From the NCBI GenBank assembly GCA_041690595.1, contig JAWLHB010000022.1:62001-126000 (forward strand): 64,000 nt of DNA, given 5' to 3'. Made by a program: the position numbers and the translations under genes. This document shows, piece after piece, positions 57,637-64,000 of this stretch. The notes under the pieces were generated by a model. That model was not told where the DNA came from. It did not search any database and saw nothing but the letters and a program-made list of their open reading frames with translations. This DNA is from Lentisphaeria bacterium (GTDB lineage Bacteria > Verrucomicrobiota > Lentisphaeria > JABSQK01 > JAWLHB01). How positions within the stretch are numbered: position 1 is the stretch's first letter; each line of letters begins with the position of its first letter.

Positions 57637-60600
57637 GGTTCAAAATCCTGCGTGCCAGAATCACGGAAGCGCAAGGTGAGCTTTTCGAGCGGCTGCATCT
57701 CCGTCAGCACCACTGCATGACGGTACATCGTGACTGCCAGTGCCGACAAGCGTATCGGGAAGTCGATGCGTTTATTGCCCCCCGCTTCACAGATCCATTG
57801 ACTGACAACGCCGCCCGGGTTGATGGTGCGATCCGGTGAACTTTCGCTCAGCGGCATGCGCAGGAAGGCCCAACCGTCGAAGTTGACGGCGGTTTCCGCC
57901 GGCCAGTCGAGGATGTCGCAGCCCCAGCCACCGGTTCCGCTCGACCGCCAGATCTCGCCCTCGCCGTCGATAATTTCCCACATCACCTTGCCCCAATTCG
58001 AGTTGCCCTTCACCCAAACGCCCAGCGTATGGGGGCTCCCTTCCAGCGCAACCGGCTCTTTCAGCCGCAGCACCGTATACTCGCCTACCAGAGGAGAGAG
58101 GGAGGGATTGGGAGGTGCCTTCATCTCCAGCTCGAGACAGGCGCCCTTTTCCTCGTCCACGACCTGGCGCAGGTCGAACTCGCCCGCCGTTCGCCAAGGC
58201 AGGTAATGGCGTTCCACCGCATCGAGCGAGCGGTTGCCGGCGCCGATCTTCCACTGGCTGGCATCGTCCATCGCGTTGGCGATCCGAAAGTCCGGGCGCG
58301 GTTGGTCCGCAGGATAGGTCCGTTCAATCACCTCGACGGAACGAAGCGGGCCCTTCGTAACGAGGTAGCACGGCGAGGTGCTGACGCGCAGTGGCTGACC
58401 GTCGGGCAGGATGCTCTCCCTGCCATACATGTCGACCTGAGTCATGGGCGAGTCGTCACCGGCAACCAGAGCGAGAGTGGCCTCGCCCCGGACCGTCCAC
58501 AAGGCATAGACGCTTTCGCCGCGGCGATCGAATTCGAGGCCGTAGACCGTGGCGGAGCCGGTGGGAAGCTCCCGCCGCAGGGTCACGCCGTCAAGCTGAG
58601 TGGTAAGCGTCGCCACGGCGACATAGGCAGGCTTGGGATAGTAGAGCGGTGCGCGCTTGGCCAACCCTCCCGCGCCCCAAAGGGTGTTGTAGTAGGCATT
58701 GCCGACATCATGGAGGATGGCGGGGGAAACGGTGGGAAAGCGGTACGCCAGCCCCAGCAGGATGTCGCGTGCGATCCATTCGGCCTGACGGCGCGGCCCG
58801 AGGTCGCGCTCCGAGCGGGCGGTGTACTCGTAGCATCCCGTGAGCGGCAGGTCATGGCCGAGCTTGCGAGCTGCCTCCCGGGCGAGCCACATTCCCTGAG
58901 TTGCGCCTTCCCAGAGCACCTCCGGCGGCGCGGTCTGTCCCGGTGTCTCGATGCCGATGTAGTCGATGTAGCTCGGATCCAAGCCATGGCGCAGCAGCAT
59001 GGCGATGATCGCCGCGGAGGCGCTGGAGTTGCCCCACACCAGCTTCAACTGGGGGAACTTCTCGCGGTAGAAGGCTCCGGCGAGATTGCCCAGGGCCACC
59101 ATCTGCTGCTCGCGCTCCCCCGCCTCAGGGGCGGCCGCATCGCGCAGCTCGGGCGGCACCGCGTTGTTGTACGACTCGTGGTAGACGAGCACATACGAAC
59201 AGTGCGGAAAGCGCGCGATCAGCTCCTTGATCCGCTTCTCTTCACGCTGGCTGGCGGCATCGAAGTTCTGCAAGTCGTTCAGGTTGAAGCCCCGTCCCAT
59301 CTGGTTGAGGCCGACCGTCCATGGGGCCATCTCCGCCTCGCCGGCCTTGGACCAGCCGAAGGTGGTGCGGCGCAACCCGGCCTTGTGAAGCATGGGGCCG
59401 GCGATGGCGATGTCGTCACTGCCATAGTGGGCGCCGCCGAACCACCAGGTGCCATAGGGCGAATCGTATCCAGCCTCGCGCCGATCCCTGCCCAGCAGCG
59501 CAAACGCCGCCTCATGCGTCAGGATCGTCTTTCCCTGCGTGTCCAGCACCGTGAAGGTGATCCCATACCAGCCGGGATTCGGCATGGCCAGCGCTATCTC
59601 GATCGGCGCTTCTTCACCGCTCGCCAGGTTGACCTGGCGTTGCTCCGTCGCGATCGTTTTTCCTTGCTCGTCCTGGATCTCCCAAGTCAGGGCATAGGTA
59701 CCGCCCACCTCGGCTTGCAGCCACGCCGTCGTCATGGGCGACTCGTCGTTATGGAAGATATTGCCGGGCTGGGACGCCGTCAGCCGGAAAGCCACCGGGG
59801 CGCGCTCGAGGGTCAGGCCAAAGACATGGACGCCACTGGTCGAGAGCGGATCCGGCTTGTGGCGTCGGTCAAGTTGCTGATAGGCGCGGTCGGGCTTGCC
59901 CATGAGGGTGAAGTCCAGGTAGGGGCCGATCTTCAGGGTCGCGCGCGGATCGGGCGCGGGGTCGAGCAGGTCGAGGATCCGGCCCAGATCCAGGGGGACT
60001 TCGACGAGCCAGAGAGGAACGCTCACCTCGCCATTCGCCGTTGCATAGGTGACCGTACCCACGCGCCGCGTCGTGGCCGGCGCCGCCTCTTCTCCGCGCG
60101 GCAGCGTTACCGTCGTAGCGGCGATGGCATCGCCTCTGCCGGAAACCGCGCTTCGGCTGAGGCTTGCCGTCAGCATCGCGTCCTTGCTCGGGTCGAGTTC
60201 GGCCGCGCACAGGATCCAGGCGCGCCGCCAATGGGCGAGTGGTACCGAAAACTGCAGCGCTTCGGGCATGCCATCGAAGGCGCCGCGCGCCAGGAATTCG
60301 TCTGCTTCCAGTGCCCAGGATCCCTTCATCTCCTTCACCACGCTCACGTCGGCGTGGTTGGCACCATCCACCACGATCATCGGCACACCCTCCACCGGCA
60401 GCGCACCCGGCGACAGCGAAACCCTGGCATCGGTAAGGGCTCCCGGCTTGGCAACAAAGGCTACATCCAGCGGCAGATAAGCGCTCTCCGCATCGACCCG
60501 CTTCCAGACCCGCGACTCACCGGCGGAGGAGTTGCTGGGCAACTGCACGACAACTTCGCGCAGGCGGGAGGGGCTTTCGAGGCGGCCGCCATAGCGTCCA

Positions 60601-61655
60601 TCCAGCCAGAGCTGGGCGCCCTCTCCATCGAGCCGGAATTCCCAGTGTATGATCCGTTGCGAGGCTGCCGGGAAGCGCTCCCAGTTACGCTGGAGGCTCG
60701 CGGCCTGCTCGTCGGTGTAGCGTCGCGCATAGGGGCGGCTGTGGTAGGTGAGCTTCAACCCCTGAAAGTCGATCATGGCGTCCGGCAGGGAAAGCTTCTC
60801 GCGGACGAGCTTGCCGTCGCGTTCGAGGCTTGTGGTCATTGTGTCGGCCCGGATGACGGGGGTGATGGTGGTCGATGTGCCATCCTCATGGTGCAGGCTG
60901 AGGCGGGCGGTTGGCGCCTGCCCGACACTGAATGCCAGGCTCGCGGTATCGGCATCGGCCGGAATCGTCACGCGCAGTTCGGTCGGCGCCTGTTGCAGCG
61001 GTGGCAGGCGGCGCAAGCGGAGGGAGCCCACCTGCGTTCCTGGATGGACGGAAAGGTTGATGCCGGTAGCGGCAGCTAAGGGGGCGGTATTCTCCGCCAC
61101 TTTGACCCACTCGCCCCGATCTTCCATCCAGACGCGAACGAAACCGGCGCGGGATTCGATGCGGCAACGGTACCAGGTGCGTCCGAGCAGCGGTGCGATG
61201 CCGAGATCGGCCAGAAGGGCCTGTTGACTCGCGCCCCAGCCGCCGGCCGGTCCCGAGAGGGCGATGCGGTCCGCCCGGATGGTGACCGCGTGGAAAACGG
61301 GCTTGCCTTCCGCCATGGTGGCGAGGCGTGCCTGCAACTCACGCTTCTCGCCGCCAAAGAGAAAGCGGAACGAAAACTCGCACTCGTCAACCTGCTCCCG
61401 GCCGGCGATTTGCGGCCACTCTTCGCGAAAGGCCCAGGCAGGCTTGTCGCCGCGGTTGGCCAAGTGCTTGCGCCCCATCGGGTACTCCTCGACCGCAAAG
61501 CCATCGTTGGCGAGAGGACAGGTATCGCCATAGCTGTCAAAATCCTCAAAAGCCATGCTGCCCTCCATGCTCTCCGCGTTCTCGTCCGGCGGAGTCATGG
61601 CGTCCGCGCACAGGCACCAGGTGACGCAGAGCAGTGCCAGAGAGAATCGCAGCAT
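57633..61655 (-). CDS. Large secreted glycoside-hydrolase-like protein, paralog B
   Basis: Signal peptide; shares long blocks with paralog A; extra N-terminal beta-domain. Confidence 0.65.
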   Translation of the reverse strand: MLRFSLALLCVTWCLCADAMTPPDENAESMEGSMAFEDFDSYGDTCPLANDGFAVEEYPMGRKHLANRGDKPAWAFREEWPQIAGREQVDECEFSFRFLFGGEKRELQARLATMAEGKPVFHAVTIRADRIALSGPAGGWGASQQALLADLGIAPLLGRTWYRCRIESRAGFVRVWMEDRGEWVKVAENTAPLAAATGINLSVHPGTQVGSLRLRRLPPLQQAPTELRVTIPADADTASLAFSVGQAPTARLSLHHEDGTSTTITPVIRADTMTTSLERDGKLVREKLSLPDAMIDFQGLKLTYHSRPYARRYTDEQAASLQRNWERFPAASQRIIHWEFRLDGEGAQLWLDGRYGGRLESPSRLREVVVQLPSNSSAGESRVWKRVDAESAYLPLDVAFVAKPGALTDARVSLSPGALPVEGVPMIVVDGANHADVSVVKEMKGSWALEADEFLARGAFDGMPEALQFSVPLAHWRRAWILCAAELDPSKDAMLTASLSRSAVSGRGDAIAATTVTLPRGEEAAPATTRRVGTVTYATANGEVSVPLWLVEVPLDLGRILDLLDPAPDPRATLKIGPYLDFTLMGKPDRAYQQLDRRHKPDPLSTSGVHVFGLTLERAPVAFRLTASQPGNIFHNDESPMTTAWLQAEVGGTYALTWEIQDEQGKTIATEQRQVNLASGEEAPIEIALAMPNPGWYGITFTVLDTQGKTILTHEAAFALLGRDRREAGYDSPYGTWWFGGAHYGSDDIAIAGPMLHKAGLRRTTFGWSKAGEAEMAPWTVGLNQMGRGFNLNDLQNFDAASQREEKRIKELIARFPHCSYVLVYHESYNNAVPPELRDAAAPEAGEREQQMVALGNLAGAFYREKFPQLKLVWGNSSASAAIIAMLLRHGLDPSYIDYIGIETPGQTAPPEVLWEGATQGMWLAREAARKLGHDLPLTGCYEYTARSERDLGPRRQAEWIARDILLGLAYRFPTVSPAILHDVGNAYYNTLWGAGGLAKRAPLYYPKPAYVAVATLTTQLDGVTLRRELPTGSATVYGLEFDRRGESVYALWTVRGEATLALVAGDDSPMTQVDMYGRESILPDGQPLRVSTSPCYLVTKGPLRSVEVIERTYPADQPRPDFRIANAMDDASQWKIGAGNRSLDAVERHYLPWRTAGEFDLRQVVDEEKGACLELEMKAPPNPSLSPLVGEYTVLRLKEPVALEGSPHTLGVWVKGNSNWGKVMWEIIDGEGEIWRSSGTGGWGCDILDWPAETAVNFDGWAFLRMPLSESSPDRTINPGGVVSQWICEAGGNKRIDFPIRLSALAVTMYRHAVVLTEMQPLEKLTLRFRDSGTQDFEP

Positions 61656-61667
61656 GACAGACCTCCT

Positions 61668-63845
61668 TCACACGGTTTGCATGGTTAGCGCCAATTCGGA
61701 CCGCGAGACGCTGTTCGCCGGCAAGTCGAAACGACGCAGTTCTCCGGGCGCGAGCCGCACATGCGTCGACGCGCCATCCAAGTGCACGTAAAGCTCATGG
61801 GGCCGGTCGAAATCGATGTTGTAGGCCAACACCTGATTCGCCTCTGGAAACCAGGACCACGCGATGAAGTCGCATTCGGGCCCCGGCGCCTGACCGTCGT
61901 CGGTGATGAAGACCCGCCCCCGAACCTGCATGGCGAGATGGCGCAGAATCAGGGGCAGCAGTCCCTGCTCGTCAGCCAGGCTGCTGAGATTCATGTCACC
62001 GGCCATTGCCCCAGGATAATCCCAGGAGTTCAGGAAGTAAGTTTGCCCACGGCCGCACTGGTGGCGCAGCAGCAGTGGTCGGAACTGCTCATCTTCGACC
62101 AGCAGCACCTCGGGAGAGCCGGTCATCTCCAACTCGCCGACACGCGTGCAGTAGACACCGTACTTCTGGGGGCGCGCAAACCCGAGGGGGCTTTCCATCT
62201 CGGGTGTCGTCGCCCAGTAGAAGCGCCCGCCACGGCCTTTGACTTTCACGCCGCACAATTCGGTGAAGTCGCCGCCATTGACCAGCGATTCCGGTGCATA
62301 GCCCGTATAGTTGCGCGTATCGTCCGTCGAAAGATGGGGGATCGAAATGAAGAGCGTGCCGCCGCCGCGAACATACTCCACCAGTACCCGGTACTGCTCT
62401 TCCGTTGCCGTATTCCAGCCGCAGAAGATCAGCAGGGAATAGTGCTCGAGCAGGAAGGCCGCGCTTATCGGCCCAGCGAAGCTGACGATGTCCACCTGAC
62501 CGTGGGGGGTACCGGAAAAGAAATTATTCTTGAGCTTCTTCATGACCGGAGGACGGGGATAGAAGACTTGCCGCACCAGATCCCAGCCACGTTCGGGCGC
62601 TCCCTCGAACCAATGGGGATTCTCTTCCGCGATCCGATAGGCGCCGCCGATGGCGTTGTTCGGGTGGAATTCGTTGCCCGCCAGGTCGAGGTTGCCTTTA
62701 ACGACGGCGATTCGTGCCTCCGGTTGCCCCTCCGGCGTCCCTTCCGCTTCGAGGAAATCGTAGAAGTCGGTGACCTCACGGCGATAGGCCCGGCAGATCG
62801 CTGAATCGTAGCCAAGCTGGGCATAGTGCTTGCGCGCTTCCGGGACCGCCGCGGCCGTTTGGCGTGGATCGTTGCGGTGAATCGCCCCCAAGTCCACCTT
62901 TGGCGTTGTGTGCATCACCGTGTCCAGCACGTGATCCGACTGCTGCCACCAGTTGCCGCTTTCCAGGTGGATCAACTTGCAGCCAGCCAGATACTTGAGG
63001 TAAAAGGCATGACGAAGCGAGGGGTATTTGTACGGCGACGCATAGGGCAGCCGGGAGTAATGCTCATGGGCGATGTCGGTACCCCAGATCGGCAGGTCGT
63101 ACTGCCGGTAGAGCCCGCGAGCCAGCGCCGAGGCCATACCCAGATGCGCAAAAGCAAAATCCTCGGTGACCGGAATGGTGGCTCCGGCATCGATCTCGTA
63201 ATCCAGATGAAAGGAGCAGGAGGTCGTCATTACATCACCCCAGCCAGACGCCTGTCGTGCCTCTACCTGCTCTCGAACCGCCGCGCGCAAGGCCGCCGCC
63301 AGGCCAGTCAGGCTCGGCTTGCCGGTATCCTTCCGGTCGCTGTCGAAGCGGTGCGAAAACTTCTCGCCCACGTTGTAGCCGAGGTAGTGCCGGCCGCCGG
63401 CGGCTGCCAGCTTTTGCGACCATTCGGGGGCGGCATCCGCGTAGAGCACATAACTCCAGATACCCTTCCTGGCGGCCTCGGCCACAAAGCGCACCATGCC
63501 GGCCCCGGAGCGATCCGCATGCTCGGCCAGTGGCGCCCAATCGCTGGGAACCAGAAAGCGGCGCTCCTGCCAATCGGGAGCCGGGGCTTCCAAGCCCAGA
63601 GCGGCCAGATCCTGCCACCAGGCCGCTGCCCGGAGCGTTCTGTCGGTGGCGCCGCCATCCCACAGGATCACCAGGTTTCCCTGGCGTTCGGACAGGACCC
63701 GTTCGAGGTACCAATCCGGATCGTGATCCTCCGACACCCAACTGGTATAATACCGGCCGGTGGTCTGAAAAACGTAATCGGCGCGGTCGAGGTAGATGGC
63801 GCTCCCCAACAGGGTGCCGATCGGGGGCAGTTCGATATGACTCAT
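61668..63845 (-). CDS. Hypothetical cytoplasmic protein with C-terminal beta-galactosidase-trimerisation-like domain
   Basis: 725-aa ORF, no signal peptide; LVEYVRGGGTLFI...ELCGV motif. Confidence 0.6.
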   Translation of the reverse strand: MSHIELPPIGTLLGSAIYLDRADYVFQTTGRYYTSWVSEDHDPDWYLERVLSERQGNLVILWDGGATDRTLRAAAWWQDLAALGLEAPAPDWQERRFLVPSDWAPLAEHADRSGAGMVRFVAEAARKGIWSYVLYADAAPEWSQKLAAAGGRHYLGYNVGEKFSHRFDSDRKDTGKPSLTGLAAALRAAVREQVEARQASGWGDVMTTSCSFHLDYEIDAGATIPVTEDFAFAHLGMASALARGLYRQYDLPIWGTDIAHEHYSRLPYASPYKYPSLRHAFYLKYLAGCKLIHLESGNWWQQSDHVLDTVMHTTPKVDLGAIHRNDPRQTAAAVPEARKHYAQLGYDSAICRAYRREVTDFYDFLEAEGTPEGQPEARIAVVKGNLDLAGNEFHPNNAIGGAYRIAEENPHWFEGAPERGWDLVRQVFYPRPPVMKKLKNNFFSGTPHGQVDIVSFAGPISAAFLLEHYSLLIFCGWNTATEEQYRVLVEYVRGGGTLFISIPHLSTDDTRNYTGYAPESLVNGGDFTELCGVKVKGRGGRFYWATTPEMESPLGFARPQKYGVYCTRVGELEMTGSPEVLLVEDEQFRPLLLRHQCGRGQTYFLNSWDYPGAMAGDMNLSSLADEQGLLPLILRHLAMQVRGRVFITDDGQAPGPECDFIAWSWFPEANQVLAYNIDFDRPHELYVHLDGASTHVRLAPGELRRFDLPANSVSRSELALTMQTV

Positions 63846-64000
63846 GACGATGCCTTCTTCTTTCCGCCCACCAGCGCGGGCTGAAGCCGGATGCTGGCTG
63901 GAGCGCCGTCGGTGGGTTCTGTCATTGCAAATAACAACTGGATGCTTGCTTCGTAAATGTCATCGGGAAAGTGTGCTTCCGTTATCGCTTCGTATTGCTG
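63842..64000 (-). CDS. 3' end of a CDS entering from the right, possibly a LacI/GntR-type regulator (partial)
   Basis: Open frame QQYEAITEAHFPDDIYEASIQLLFAMTEPTDGAPASIRLQPALVGGKKKASS* with an ATGA overlap onto 63845; the tail weakly resembles LacI-type effector-domain ends. Confidence 0.45.
   Translation of the reverse strand, partial: QQYEAITEAHFPDDIYEASIQLLFAMTEPTDGAPASIRLQPALVGGKKKASS

Noticed and set aside
58029..61079. 1016-aa plus-strand ORF and similar long antisense ORFs (6556-8208, 10823-12706, 22744-25251, 45741-47978, 50782-52413)
   Set aside because: Each lies opposite a gene with a signal peptide, motifs and operon coupling, and has no recognisable motifs of its own

Overview
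GC-rich bacterial chromosomal segment of about 45 CDS. I saw no rRNA, tRNA, CRISPR array, transposase or integrase. The gene content (three FTLIELLVV prepilin-like proteins, many secreted hypothetical glycan-active proteins, an outer-membrane barrel) suggests a diderm PVC-superphylum organism, possibly Lentisphaerae; this is inference. Housekeeping genes include an RsmF-like methyltransferase, an SDR, YihY and ppdK. There are two glycan-utilisation-like loci with prepilin genes (10.5-18 kb and 42.5-64 kb), an IclR-led tandem pair of QueG/reductive-dehalogenase-like Fe-S proteins, a 1543-aa multidomain S1 protease, and a TetR/bacilliredoxin/methyltransferase cluster. A small toxin-antitoxin relic with a deleted VapC lies between 32-bp direct repeats. 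The most striking locus is 35.3-42.5 kb. It encodes an MtrA/DmsE-like lipoprotein cytochrome (7 CxxCH + 1 Cx4CH) and an MtrB-like porin, preceded by a sigma-54 promoter, an IHF site and three palindromes phased 22 bp apart. These are followed by an AioXSR-like three-component sensor (Cys-bearing PhnD-fold protein, histidine kinase, NtrC-family activator). This suggests a ligand-inducible, possibly oxyanion-inducible, outer-membrane electron conduit. All family calls are by motif recognition; no searches were run.
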